A stretch of 64,000 bases of DNA, taken from Tubulanus polymorphus (Eukaryota > Animalia > Nemertea). Shown in pieces: positions 45,501-60,500 of this stretch. How positions within the stretch are numbered: position 1 is the first letter of the stretch; each line of letters opens with the position of its first letter. The stretch covers positions 8,402,485 to 8,466,484 of the forward strand of contig NC_134027.1 in assembly GCF_964204645.1 (NCBI RefSeq), given 5' to 3'. The notes beneath the pieces are model-generated. The model had not been told where the DNA came from, searched no databases, and saw only the letters and a list, made by a program, of their open reading frames with translations. The translations under genes were made by a program, and so were the position numbers.

Positions 45501-48500
45501 CCTAGTATGCATTTTTTAACAGGTTCTGTATGAAACGATGTGATATATCTTATAACTCGTATTTCATATTTGATAAATTTGAATAATTATTTTTGAGCGG
45601 ATGTGCACTACGTCATCAATATATCCGGGCTAGACTGGTTGCCGGCCAATTCAATTCAATGATCGATATATTCAAATCCAAAATAACTTCATTGATCCTT
45701 GATCTCATATATCATACCATCTATTGTCGACCATATTAAGCGATATGTGTTATTTCTAAACGTCCATGCACTTCGAAGTTAGTTTTCTTGTTTTTTTCTC
45801 AGATCCCTGGTAACAACTTTCCAGTTAGTTGCCGTAAAAAATAAGCGTAAATCTATTTTCATCTGTCTAATGATAACGATTATACTTAGCCATCCACCCA
45901 ATTTACGATTCATATTTATTTCCCCTGGCAAATATTTCTAGTACCCAGACTACAAAGTGTATCCCTGTCAAGTAGAATATTTATTGCCATTTTATGAAAT
46001 TAATACATTAAAAAAGAATCATATATTCTATACTAGCAGTTCTCCACAATTCCAACGTCAATATCATAACCATAGGATCAGTAATGAAGACAACATTTCA
46101 ATTTGGTTTCCATAGACACGTGAATGTCTGATATGATTGAAGTAAAAATTGCCCATGGGCAAAGTGGTTTACCTTGAAAACTGGAGCTTGTTTGCCAAGG
46201 GCATGATTCCTCTTAAGAGTTTTTAGCATTGAAAGGTTCTATTCTATGTTGCATCTTGTCTTTTCTACCAATCATTTCATAGTCAAATAAGGCCAAAAAT
46301 ATACGTTTGTTGATGGTTTATGTCCAAAATTTGGTAGGGTAGGTAGAAAAAATAAATATTGAGAAAAATGTTTTTTTTTCAAAATCAAAGCGCTTGGCTG
46401 ATTGCTTTGTCAACCTCTTCCAATGTAGCTGCAGACGCTGACCTACTGTAAACCAAATACCCACAATATAATGAAAAACTAGATGAGAATTTGACGTTTC
46501 GAGTTTTTGAAAATAGTCCATAGATTTGGACCGAAACGTCAATTTCTAATCTAGTTTTTCATGATATCGTGGGTTTTTATTTCATTACATTTCAATCCTT
46601 GGTGTCGACATTGAGCAGAAAATTATCAATTGATGAAAGCTATAGAAAAAACTATTTCATTGTTACTGATGAGAAGCTGGGCAGATGTTGAAGTACTGTT
46701 AATATATTTCAAGTAAACATTACGCGCATATCGACTGTCTAATCATATAACCCATTAACTGTCACTTGATTAATGTTTGAATCCACTCAAAATCTGTATC
46801 GCCTACAATGACTATCAGACCTTTCAGGATATAGATGCAGACCGGTGTACAACAATGATCCGATCAATGGACTGCAGCGCCAAAACTTCCCATTCTCCCT
46901 GATTTTTCCATGTTATAACAGAAAATTCCCTAAGTGAATCCCTTGGTTTAAAACGTTACAATTTGTAAGTTTTTTTGCAAAATCTGTCAAATTCCCTGAG
47001 CTTTTTCTAGATTTTTCTGATTCTCTGAGTTTTCCAGGTTAGGGATCGGCCTCCGATTGTGAATACTTATCAAATTATTGATCATCCATTTTTCAGTTGC
47101 AGAAAAATCACCCATCACTATTGATATAGTTATATATCTTTAAGCTTGTTCTGCATTGAATCAAATCATTTACCATTGTACCCATGATGTAATAAGTTTT
47201 ACTAATTCCCAATAAACGCTTCAACGTATGCACTAAAAACATCGTCCATATCCAGATTAATCCGACGAAGTATCCATTATTCCGGACATTATCTAAAAAC
47301 CACCAATGCAATGCAAAACCATTTGCGCCGTAATGTATAATTTATCGGCAGATCTGATGTGTATCCTGTCATACTCGGCGTACATCCTACTTCCTGTTTC
47401 CCTCACAACAACTGACAATTCATGAGTAGAAACGAATTAAAATGATCAGCTGATCCGAGTTCTTTTTCCCAAAAGGCAGGAACAGCTCAACCGAGATGAG
47501 ATTATTTAAAACAATCCTTGACATGGTCCAATTGGTAAGCCCATTCCGTTTCAATATCATTAGAGGGGTGGATCTAGGGCATTTCCAGACAGTAATTGAA
47601 GTAAAAATAATGGCATTTCCACATTTAAAGGGCACAACCAAGGGACGATCCACGCCTTGTGAGCCCAAATGGCGCTAACCAAATGCAGGCGTTTAGGAAT
47701 TTTAGAAAATTCCCATTTGCTGCATTCAGCAATATCTATTAGACCGTATTTGCAAACGCAGAAAATACAGTCTGGACCGCATGTCATTATTTCTTTTTCG
47801 AAATTCTTTTTAAAAGATTGTCGCGTAAATAAGAATACTGTACCTTGTTGTTTGATTGTGGTATCATTCGATTAGTGGAGGGAGTGTACAACGGCAGAGT
47901 CGCTGAGGATGAGGGAGGTATCCAAGGTGAGTCATGGAACAATGGCGATAATGGGGATAAAGCTGCCTGAGATGATGTTGATGATGTTGATGTTGTAGTA
48001 GTTTGAGTCGTCATCGCTGGATTGTTGATTTCGCCGGGATTTTCGCAATCCAGTGTCACGTGATTCCGACATCTTTGATGACAAGTATACTGGCAATCTG
48101 TCAAGTAGACGCAAAGTAGAAACAACAGTTAGATAACGTTTATGAACATACGGATTGTAAGTGACAAAGGGCGTGACTGAAACTCATCGAGTTAATGAAT
48201 TGTCATGATTTACGTGACAGGACAATTTCAGCAAACAATGAGATGTTTAATCAAACAACGTGCTCTTTAGTCCGAGGTAAATATTTGCTTTCAAGCTCGG
48301 CTTGGGCGTCGCAGCATTGGGTTTTTCAATTCAATGGGCATTTGGAGAAAATTCACTTCCTGAATGATTGCCAAGATAAGCTTTCTTTGTAAAAGGACTA
48401 CGCCAGGTATTGTTGGTAATTGAACAAGAACACTGGGCTGCCCAAGGTTCTGGTTAAGTTTTTTGTAAAAGGACTATGCCCAATTGGTATTGATGCTAAC

Positions 48501-51500
48501 TTAACCAGAACCGTGGGCTGCCCAAGGCTCTGGTTAAATTACCATCAATACCTATTTCAAATGTGACAAAAAACTATAAGCAATTTTTCCCAACCGAATC
48601 TGAGCCCAGCAAAGTACCGCAGGTTCTAAATTAGTTTCTTTCAATATGTTCTATTAATAGCAGTTTTCTGCTTTTTTCTCAAGACTGCTAATTTCATTGT
48701 AGGCGATGACGACGACTTCCTAAGATGATCCATCAATCATTTGCGAATAGAATCTTATAATTCGATTTGATTTTGCCAATTGAAACGAACAACAAGTGCT
48801 TATTCAACATCACGATCGCTGTTCACGATACCGCCGAACAGCTATAAACAGAACGCTGGTTTAATACCAATATTTGATGACTTAGCAAATCTTTCACAGG
48901 ATAAAGATGTCATCAGATATTGCTAGAAGCATAGTCGCATCGTTTTGTGGACGTGGGATATCAGCAGCAAATTACTGTCCGTGCAGACGGAATATGCATA
49001 CATCTCTGTATACTGTATCTGTGTCAGGATGTCATTAAATATTCATCGTTTCGTAGAAGTCAGTCGCCAGGTTTAAACCATCGGGCAATAACGATCAAAT
49101 TTCATACATCATGAGACAGAACAAAGAGCAGAACACAAAGACACTATAAAAATGTTTCGAATTTCATCGCTTCACATCCAGGAATATCTTCAATCAAAAT
49201 TGAGGTTATTGCCTAATCCCTGACTTCTAAACAAGTGAAATAACAAAACAAACCCAAAACTGCAAGACTGACTCAGAGTAAAAAATCTTGCCAATCTATT
49301 ACTTCCCAAAAAACTATTTTCAGTTCTGCATTCGTCGAGAGGATGATAAAAATATATTGCATTTAAGTTGTGTCTCGTAAGAATTTTACTCGGTCTGCAT
49401 ATGATATGACACTTCATATTACTTCACTGAAATTCTAATTTAACTGAATACGACATCGAACCGGATAAAGTGGCAACTCAACGGAGTGCGCTGTATTTAT
49501 TTTGTAGCCTAAGGCTTCGGATTATTGAGTTCATTCATATTCACGAATTGTTTGTTAAATGATTTTCCGCAGCAATTCCACTTTTCTAGTCCATATCCAA
49601 ATTTCCCTCGATATCTTATCATTTATCTATTAAAGTATCAGTACCAGCAAAATTTGCATGTGAATTTCGGCCCTTTACACAAGCCATTTATCAGAATATC
49701 TATCAACTTAAATGACTTCAGCTGTAGCAATAACGTGTTGATGAAAATGAACCATTTGTGCACACAGGATTATGAAGAAAATGAAATTGCGTTCAAAAAT
49801 TAATTAATATCCAAACTGAAATTCAACATTTATTAGTTAACACATGTGTGAATAGTGCTTATTTGTCAAGTAAGTTATATAGTGAAAATACTGAAGTGCA
49901 TGATTAAACCATATGGAGTTAGGAATGTCTGTTATATGCGAGCAGAGTTAGTTATTCGTATCATATATCAAGTATTTCAATGAGATGGAAATGAATTTCA
50001 TGCGTTTAAGGACTAAGCCTGTAGATCGGGCAGAGGCGACCGCGACTTATTTGCGCAATCGATTGAAGTTTCGTAATTTAAGAGAATACCTTCTCCGGCA
50101 CTCGGCGAGTATGCCTTTCCGCGACGACTGGCGAATGATATATCATTTTCCCGAATGACCACTGTCGGCGGGGAAAGAAAATCTCGTTGGATATCGACAA
50201 GAGCTGCAGTGTTTGAGCCAGAAAATTACATGAAACGTTGCTGGTAATTTAATTGAATCTACGAAGCAAAGTAAATTACACAGCTTTACGCCGATGTGAG
50301 CAGATTATTACAGAAGCGAGGGTTAACCCGAAGCAAAATGCTAATGAACTGATGATCTGTTTCAGAAAAAGATAACGAAAAGGTTGAACGTAAATTCTAT
50401 GCAAGTTTCTCACTTTCTCAGAAGACAAGAATCGATTTGTTTCGATGAAAACATTGCAGCATGCACTGTAAACAAAATGTAAACCCGACATGCCGCATAC
50501 AGCATCAAGGTATTCAAGCCCTTCCATTAAAGGTCAACTCACGGTCGATATCCAGGTGATCAGAATTTCTGTCACATAAACTTTGATTAGTGTTAACTGC
50601 GGCTGTATAATCCATAATTGATGAAAGTTTTGCCGTTGACGACTATGAGAAAGCTACGTTCCGCCAACTCGAGGACCAAAACTGGTAGGAAAAAAATCAT
50701 GCGGGAACATGACTTCGAGAAAGTAAAAATAGCAGATGAACGGCAAAAATGGCCGAAATAGGAACGATTTTCGCAGAGTTGCTTACCAAAAACTCGTTGA
50801 ATCCTCCTGAGCCAAGATGTGACGATCATCCACCATTTCATAAAATACTGCCTCCCCATCCTGAACGAAAAAAAATTCCTCAACCCATACTCGCACTGTC
50901 AGTAAGTGGAAAGATGTTGAGAAGCACTACTTTAATGCAACTGCTTCCGACGGCATAAAGGCAGTTGATATATATCGGCATTTACTGTCGCCAGGTTTGG
51001 TAATTCGGCACTTGAAATTCTGGTCACAAGACTGCGCAAGAATATAACAGATCGGTACTTGCATATATGGAACGGGGGGGGGGGGATGCAACTATTGAAA
51101 TATCCGCGATATGGGAACGAAAACTCAAACGACTGCGGAATGAAAATGAAGGACGGAAAAGCCTCATAGAAAGATAGGCATGCTTCGAACTAGGCTAAAA
51201 ACCGACATCGTAGCGATGAATTATCGAGACTCCATGGAAATCATGGACAGATTTTGAAATGTTCCATGGGAATAACTATATCCCAGGAATTAACTACGGT
51301 GTTGAAAAAACCTCATGAACCTGGGTGCGAATGAACCAGATAAGACTTTTCATTTCTTACGTAAGCGTTTGAGATTCGTTAAGACACACGAAGATAAACC
51401 TTATTGACCAAACTTGAATATCATCTTAAGCGTGCAGAAGAGCAAATATAACGTACTGGTACATATTTTGCGCTGCGCAGTTTGCTTAAGCCCCCTCCCT

Positions 51501-54500
51501 GCATACAAGCTGAAAAATGCGTTCAACAAAAAGGTGTAGCAAGCGTGTATGCATCATGACCATATTTACTAAATATCTACAGCGTTACAAGTGTTTTTTG
51601 TCATCCTAGTCAGATTTATTCGAATATAAAGGAATCCTTCTATTTTCCAACGCACAAAATACAGGTTGAGGGTCTCGCAAGTCGATACCGGTAAATATGA
51701 TTTTGTTAATTCTAGTAATTCCATATCATCAGCAGAAAGTGAATCTCCTGTTATAGATAATTTTTTTTCCCAAAACTCATATACTAGCTACTATCATCAA
51801 TTTTTGTGTAGAAATGCATGCGCATTGATGATGAAAGTAATGGCAAGTGCGCCAAGTTCCCTGCATACGAGAGCGTACTTTGCGCTGCGTCGAAAAATAT
51901 CAAAACATGTTAGATATTTGGCAAACGGCAAAAATATGCGCTTGAAAAATCAACCACACACGAGCCAAATATAATGACGCAGCACACTTTTGAGTCTGCA
52001 TCATTCGACGCGTGTCTACACGGGCCATATAACAAGTGGTTTACAAACACTTACTATAGGAAACGCCCTTCAGAATAAGTAAGTTCGTATTGCCACTGAA
52101 GAAATGGCACATGCCAAATGACACCTAATAGGACATCTACAGTCACTGAGCTACGTAATTGTTCACTCTTTCCCTACATTGAAATCACATCGTACTATTC
52201 AGCCATTATATAAATGTCAGTTCTAACAGCCTAAATGTACTCGAGGGATGATTAGAATTACCCCTAATGATGGCAAATGAGACTGGTTCAACCGACGAAG
52301 ACCTTCAACTCATCTCTTAAGTCATTACTGCGGGACATATCAATTTACGGGACCCCGCAATTGATAAGATAAATTGTTGACGCATTTTCGGAGAAACAAA
52401 TCATATCAGTATATATATAATCAGAACTGATTTATATGGCTTTTATCTCATACATACAAATTTGAACATCTGATTAGTCATTGTTCTGGTCAACGTTTAA
52501 GCGACTGATCAATAATATCACCACACTCGATAACATCAAAATAATAATAATAAATAATAAAACTATCAAAAAATCTGTTGAACTGTACTAATTATGTCCC
52601 GTATTCCGTACGCAATGATGTATCATAAATCGATGATAAAAATGCCACTTAACCATTTTATAGTTAGAAATCTATAAGCAAAATATAGATACGATACTAT
52701 ATCGTTACTATGGTAACAGTTGGTAAGCCATGACGGTTTTGTCGTTATACCTCAGGCAGTATTCAGCACGTCAAACTAGAAAATTTCAATTCGCTTTCAT
52801 GTCTCTATAATTAGACCATATACGAAATTCATTTTTGGCCAAGATGAAGGTCACATTGATTGCCCTATTTCATCTTGCAAATAAACATTGTCAATTGTCG
52901 AGCATCTAACCTCTCTATTGGACACAAAGTTCATTTGAAATAAGTCGGCATAAACTGAACCAGGTCGAACTGACCCAAAATCATGGACAATACTGACGCA
53001 CTTTAAATGTACTGAACTTTAATTCAATAGTTACAGTAAAGTAACAGGACACAAATCGTGTCCTGTGCACTTTACACATGTTTATAGTGGACATGTCCCC
53101 CGTAAAAAGTCAAAAGGTTAATCCACGGAAACCTGCATTACCTTCAAATGCGAATGAACTAGAGTCATTGTAATATATCTCACGAGCATTAGAAACCGAA
53201 AATGGGGGTGATAGCATGCTTGAACTTTAAGCCTCGCACAGGTGAACAGGTTTACAACAATGTAACATAGGCCTATCGGGGCCTTACACAGCTGACCAGG
53301 CCACCGAGTCGTCTAGACCTAAAACGATGACCTTTCAATCTCAGGAATGGTCATGATATGAGGCGATAGGTCAAAATATCAACAGGGCAAATAGAAATGA
53401 CAAGCCTGGGGGGTTCGTCCATTCGAACGAACGCCCCTTTTTAGAAAGTGTCCTTCATGATTTTGGTAATTTGTTAGCCTATGTAACAGGTTCAGAGGCA
53501 CCACTTCAGATGATTGAGTGTCCCTTAAAAACCCACCACACCTGCCGGGAGCGAAACAGGGGGCTTTGATTTTGAAATCGGAAATCGAAGTTCAGATAAA
53601 GTTGCGTGATCGGCGGTCGAATTCTGGTTTTTACGCATACGATGCTCGCTTTCCTGGGATGCAAAAATGCCCTTTTTTATAATTTAAGAATGCCCCTTTC
53701 AAAATCCTGGCTACGGGCTTGGATGATATTAATACATTCACCCATAAAACCTAGAAGTGCAGGTAAATAGTCGGAGCTAGTGCTCGTCAACAGAATAGGA
53801 CTTCATATTCATCAAGAAGGATCAGACTCGGCTATCAGAGTCATGACTGACACACTGTATATAAATGTCATCAGTAACAGGTTTCCGTTTGACATTCAAT
53901 AGACCACATCACGTTGACATTTTACACTGTGAATATTAAGTAAACTAATAAACAGCAATTCCGACCGCGGTGATTCAAAATGCCAGAACATTTCTACTAT
54001 TCCAATAACGCAATATCACATATAGTTAAATAAGTCCCACAAAAATAGAATTTGATACGATAAAATTCCTTCAAACGAAACCACAGCATTTCAGCTGTTG
54101 ACTAAAAGCCATCATCATCCATTCCACCTGATGATGGCTGTGAAACAATGCGGTTTCGTTATAATAGATTTTTATCGTATCAAATTCTGTTGTGGGATTT
54201 CTTCATTAATCTACAGTTTACATGGATTAGAGTGTTTTATTTGACTACTATCATTAACAGTATATATGATGTTCCTGTGGTCATGTATGTAACAGATGAC
54301 ACGATCCCAGTCATATAAACCCCCCATGTGTTTGTTATTGATGTTGTCAATTACGTCGCATACCATGATGAATGCATGCACGTTCTACTCATGGTTTGGT
54401 TAATACAGAAAAGATAGCCTTCATCCAAAAATACTTTACATTATTGCATCTAATTTTCGAAACATTTTGGGTCTCTGGCGAATCTCGCTACAAAATACAT

Positions 54501-57500
54501 TGTGTTTATACTGCAATACTTTTACTAATACCAGAGCATAACAACAGGGGCTTCCACCCCTAACAGGGATTCGAACCTGATGGCATCGCTAGACTCAGCC
54601 ATGGCACGAAACCCTGCCACACTATAGCCCAAGTGTACAGCTAAATGTGTATGTTGCTGCGTACCTGGTCTAATGTGGCAGGGTTTTATACTGTGGCAAA
54701 TCTCGATGCCATCAGGTTCAAAGAGGATGTGCCAGGGGCTTTAGGGTTTATTCCAACTGCAATTGGGTTTTCTGCAATGAGAATATGAATTGCAAAAATG
54801 TGGCGATTTCAATTTGTGGGCGAATTTCAATAACCCTTTACAGATTTTGAATACATGAAAGATCATAACCAACTATCACATATATGACTAATAGAATGAA
54901 TGTGCAGATTGCCCTTGACTTTAATGGTTAATCAATATAAAAATCCTATCACATCTGTCTTTCGGTTAATCATACATACACGACGTGTACTAACCTGCAC
55001 TGTCATGTGTCGCAATCATAGCATCATCAATAGCAGCAGTCGTTGTTTCCTGAGTACTCGCTGAAACACAGCTTTTCATCTCATCATCTGAAGATATGTT
55101 TTCGAGAAGCACTTCATCGTATTCCGATTTCTCAAAAGGTTTCAGCATCGCATAATCCAAACTCGGCAGTGCGTTGTCGTTGGATCCACTCTTACGCGAT
55201 GAACTGATACTTTCGTACACGTCGTCGCTGGAATGGTGCCGTCGAACTTCGTCGTTGATGGGCGAAACATTTCGATGCGGAAATGAGTTACAAGAAGAAC
55301 TGAATCGTAGGGAACTAGACGATTTTTCAGGTATCACAGATAGAGCTGACTGGCTGAGATCAATTTGTAAGGATGTATCACTAGTAGTTTTTGAATCAGC
55401 AGGTTCCGTTTCGATTTGATTTTCATCAATCGATTGCGATATGTCATTGAGCATTTCATCGCGAGTTGGCGTTGATTGTATTTTTTCGTCAGCGATATCG
55501 TCATACTCGGATGGAAGACGCAACACCTCAGCGGCCAGACTCTTCAGACTTAGCACCTCTATTAATTGAGTAGATGGCATCGTGCCCACTTCGACCGGCA
55601 ATTCTTCCACTGTTGACTGGTCGTCATCTCCCAAAGGATGCACTTCATCAACGGGTGTATAAACCACTTTCTCATCCTCTAATGGAAGTTCTTCTACTTG
55701 TTTCACAGTTTCCGCATCTACACATAAACTAGATTGCGGTTCCGAGGACCCATACACCACGATATCGTCAACAGATATCGGTTCATCATTAACGTCATCA
55801 ACACGGCCATTATTTTCAGCAGAAGTTTGAGCAAATGCATGGGCATTAAGCATATCCTCATTGTTATTACTCGCATCTAGTTCTTTTTGCGCTTCTAGCG
55901 CGCCATCGTCGTCATTTTGATCGCAGGAGGAAACCTGATTCACTAGTGATACTCCTTCTTTTACATCCAATGACAATGGTACATCCCGAATCGATGCGTT
56001 ATCACAACCAGTAGTTTCAGAAGGTGGTCGTTCGAATCCATTTTCACATCGATCAGTCGATGAATTAGAGGTCTGATTCTGCTTCACCGGACTCGAATCG
56101 CAAGTCGAGCCAGGAGATCCATCTTCAAGAAACAGTATATCATCCTGCTTAGTACTTATCTGTTCGATAGCGTATTCGGGAATTCTTAACTCTCCAGTCT
56201 CCGGGGATACGTCTTCGATAATACTTATACGCCTCGGTGACCATTGTCCAAGCGAGGAATCGCTATTCTGAAGACTTACTACTTGACTAGTATTATGAAC
56301 CTGACTAGTATTCCCTGTAATTGATCCTGAACACATTGGCTGTGGGTAGTGGCTTGGACTAGCTGCCACATCGCCACCGACTTGGGAAATGACTATTTCA
56401 TCAACACTGGCACGTTGTTTTTTACTACCCTGAGTAGAATATTTTGGTGACTTGGTGGAAGCGTTGGCAGCAATCGATTTTGAGCTGTTTGATTTGAATT
56501 TCTCGCCGAAAACCTTCGCGGACAAACCTCTAGGCAAAGAACTAGCTCTAGGTTTATCCGTCGCGGATGATTTTGCTTTCGGCGACGTTTTTGATCTTTG
56601 GTCCAACGTTTTACCAGAAATCCCTCTTGGTAATGAACTAGTTTTATGCTTATCGCTGCCGGACAGTCTGGCCGAAGTTCCACGCGGCAAAGAGTTCGTT
56701 TTCGGCTTATCGTGTTTAGAACTTGAATTTTGATTCGTCATTTCAGAACTGACCTGATGTTTCGACGATGAGTAACTTTTTCCTTTTTGCTGATGCCCAG
56801 GCGAGAAATTTGTCCTCGACGCGCGATACGTGTGCGGTCCGAGCGACGTCACGATCTCATCCGAAGGCGACGTATCCGAACCGTTGTTGGACCATTGCAC
56901 CTGAACGGCCGCACCGTGTTTGAGTTCCGACGATTTTTCATCGTGGCTTAACAGTTGACCCATAATAGATTAGATCACCGTCGAGAATACGACTGAACCA
57001 CGATACACACAGCTACTACTATTACTACACCTCGCTGACAGCGATACACCTCCCTGGTACTGTTTTAGTACGACTCATATCCGAATGATTTATCAATCGC
57101 ATATTTCGAAACAACCTACACAAATATTGACAGCGATCAATATCCAGAGAGACACGTCGATATTACGATATTACGCCAATGCTGAGAAGAAGAATAGAAC
57201 TGCTTGGAAACTGTCGGTTTCTTCGGACTCGAGCTACTCAATTGCGAATATCTATTACTATTCAATCCGGAGCGGTACTGATTTATCTGTTGTGGGTTTA
57301 CGTTATTCGTCTCGAACGACGGTGGACTGGTGTGTACGCGCTGATGTGACTGCAGCTCGACTCTGCAGCACTGTATCGCGGGAGACGGTACTGAACGACG
57401 ACGCAGTGTTCAGCAGGTGTGATGTCGAAGCACTGTCACCGACGCGCGACTAATCAGCTCGTTCGCCTCTCGATGCTCCGTTTGATATCGATACAACGCG

Positions 57501-60500
57501 ACGAACCCAGCTTTGGTCAACACCGTATGAGACCTTGAAATTCCTCCAGGTTCGCCTATTTAGAAACACTTGTTTTTCTTACTACACAAGGCAAGGCTAA
57601 ATAAACACGAATGTGGTGAAGTCATATAACCAAACACTTCGTACATGATATCATATACATGTATTAATCCGGTTATGCACAGCTGACTTGCGAAAAATGC
57701 TTTCTACGCACGCACAGCCATAAATGAGTACCGTCACTTTGCCTGATATGACCTGGACTGAGACTGATAATTCATGAAGATGAACGCAGGTATATTTGTA
57801 ATGCGAATAAATCAATCACTCATGATGATAGGATCGAGCACACGTACATACAATGACATATAATAGATCTAAACAATTCAGATAAACCCTCTATCCAAAG
57901 GTAGACATGTCAGTATATAGAACACTCTCTATATCAGACCTATCGGATGTTTTACTGTGTCGCGCTTATTATTATTATCTTTCACCGTCAGTAAATTGAG
58001 TCGATCACACGACTGGGTTTCAATGATCCACATATCAATCCTAAGCGCGGTTCACTTTCATTTTTACTCATATACGCGAGACAGACGAGATATCCAAGAC
58101 GGTGAGACAGTAAAGCCGCAGCGCAGACGATCGCTGTGCAGCGCGTATATGACTCTATTCATGTGTGCATGACACACCCTTCAAGTTCATGAATACCTCG
58201 ATTATTCCAGTACCGTCTCTCCTTGTAAGTCTGATCTACCGTTCTGTTGTGAAAATAGTCCTCTCCGAATATGTGACCACCACCGCGATGACGGCTTACA
58301 CGTTGAGTAGATCCTAATTTTCGCTCTTTCTGTGGCATGACCCGAGAGCGTGTGTATTATAGCGACAATTGATTTTCCTATTCAACCCTAGCCTTCGCGA
58401 ACTCATGCGCGCGAGCACGAGTTTATATCAGATATTATGTACCTCATTCCGATAAATCAGACAATCCAGTCTCAAACCACTGTCACCATATACTCCATTA
58501 ATATCCAGTATTGTATGATATATTATTGTGTTTGCTATATCATTGTCGTCCAATGGACAGATTTTTATAGATGTATCCAAGGTCTAATGGTCATGAGAGA
58601 CATAAACCTTAATACCTTGTATTAATAACACTGTAAGCCCATTATCATAAATGTCAACAATAACTACTAAATCTACTATGTTTCTTTGAGAAGATTGGGG
58701 ATTAACAGAAAATCCAGGATGCACTTTAACGATTAACTTAATCTTTTGGATTCATGCCACGCTTGCTTTAAGCTTTACGCGTGATTTCACAAGTTGCTTT
58801 AATCAAGTTGACTAAATAACAAAACTGTCGACATATTCGAAGGCCCGTGCCGATGGAGATTAGCGCCCTTCAAAAAGTCACTGTAAACAAATTTTCGATT
58901 TTGTTTGGAAAATGAAAAGTAATCCATTCATAAATGACTTATTCAGGTACATGTTCAAGATCTGTCCCTTTCGATAGAAAAGTGCTGCTTTTCATGGTAA
59001 AAAAGTGCCCTTTTTCTCGAAATAGAACTGCCCCTAAAAAAGCTTGGCACAGGCCTGATTCGCTAATGAAAGCCTTTCGAAAATCTATCTCCATTCTTTT
59101 ACATAGAATTGTTGATTCTATGCTGAAATGCTACGTGCTACCACTCGAAAAAGTTATACACCCGCATATAAATAAGTTTACATACTTATTTGTAGTCAAA
59201 CGTAAGAAACATAATTTACACAGGTGCAATACGCAATAAACAATATTATGTATATCTGCCTCAAACATATAACATGCATTAGTAGAAATAACCGTTTTTA
59301 TTCCACAGGGTCGGTGCATATAGTTAATAAATTATGGGCGATCATTGTAATCCATCAAACCATAGAACTCAATCAATTGATTTGAGTTCTACGATCAAAC
59401 ATCCCCCGCTGATATCGGGTCAAACCATGGACGCTTCATTTTAGAGTCTATGGCCAAACCAAGAGGTCTGTTGGTCTCTATCTCGATGATACAGGGGACC
59501 CGAGGCATTGCTCTGGTTCGGGTGTGTTAGATAGGATCTTCATAACTTACCATCATCCGAATCACTATCGCCGTAAACGTAGTTGCTACGAAATTTCAGA
59601 TTTTTATGAATCGGACAAACGTTACAGTCGCAGTGTCCGGCGACGTCTGCAGGTTTCGGCGGCGGCTGTCCTTTCGTCTCAACGTCTTCGAAACCACGCG
59701 ACCGATGTAACTTACTACTGCCGAAATAATAATCGTCCGTTCTGCTCGGACTGTTGTGTCGTGGGAATGAGTACGACTCGTTGAACCGACCGAAGTTACG
59801 GAACAGCCGATGCCGGACGTCGTCAAAGTCGGCGAACTTGTTATCGAACCATTCCGCCGACCACGATTGTTTCGACTTGCCGCCCGACGACGAGCCGGCA
59901 GAATGATTGCTGCGTCCTGAGTTGTAACGATCGGACGAACTGGAAAACTGTCCCGAGCTGTCGTCAGCGAATTCTTTCCCGCCGAATAGAGATCCGCTCG
60001 AGCGCCTTTTCGAATGTCGCCGAACGCTTTCTAAAACGTCCTCGACTCGCGAACTGAAGAGATCGTCGTCGCTGCTATCGCTGAGTTCCGCTCCTTCGAA
60101 ACGCGAAGTTTCCGCTCGTTCGCGTTCGGGCGAGGCCGCACCAGCGGAAAATTGTCTTCGACCGTCGTCGCGAAAAGTCGAATCCACGAACCATTTTGAA
60201 TGATTGAATTCTTCGTCGGAGGAATCGTCGAAAACGTCGAACGAACTTCGCGGGAAATCCCGGTGTCGTAGATACTCGACGCTGTCGCGATGTTTCCGAA
60301 ACGACGATCGACGTCCGAGGGACGACGACGACGACGCGGTCGATCCGTTGTCATCTTCATTTATCAGACGTCGCGCTTCGTCCATGATTTCGTCGACAGA
60401 ACGTTTCATGTCGAACCGTTCGAACAAATCTCGCGCCCGCTTCGACAACGGAATTCGCGACGACCGGCTCTCGTATCCTGGGCTGCTGGAAGTTTCTACG

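Noticed and set aside
54560-54610. tRNA gene (GGTTCGAATCCC B-box on the minus strand)
   Set aside because: No cloverleaf; it is one arm of an inverted repeat with a related copy at ~31830.
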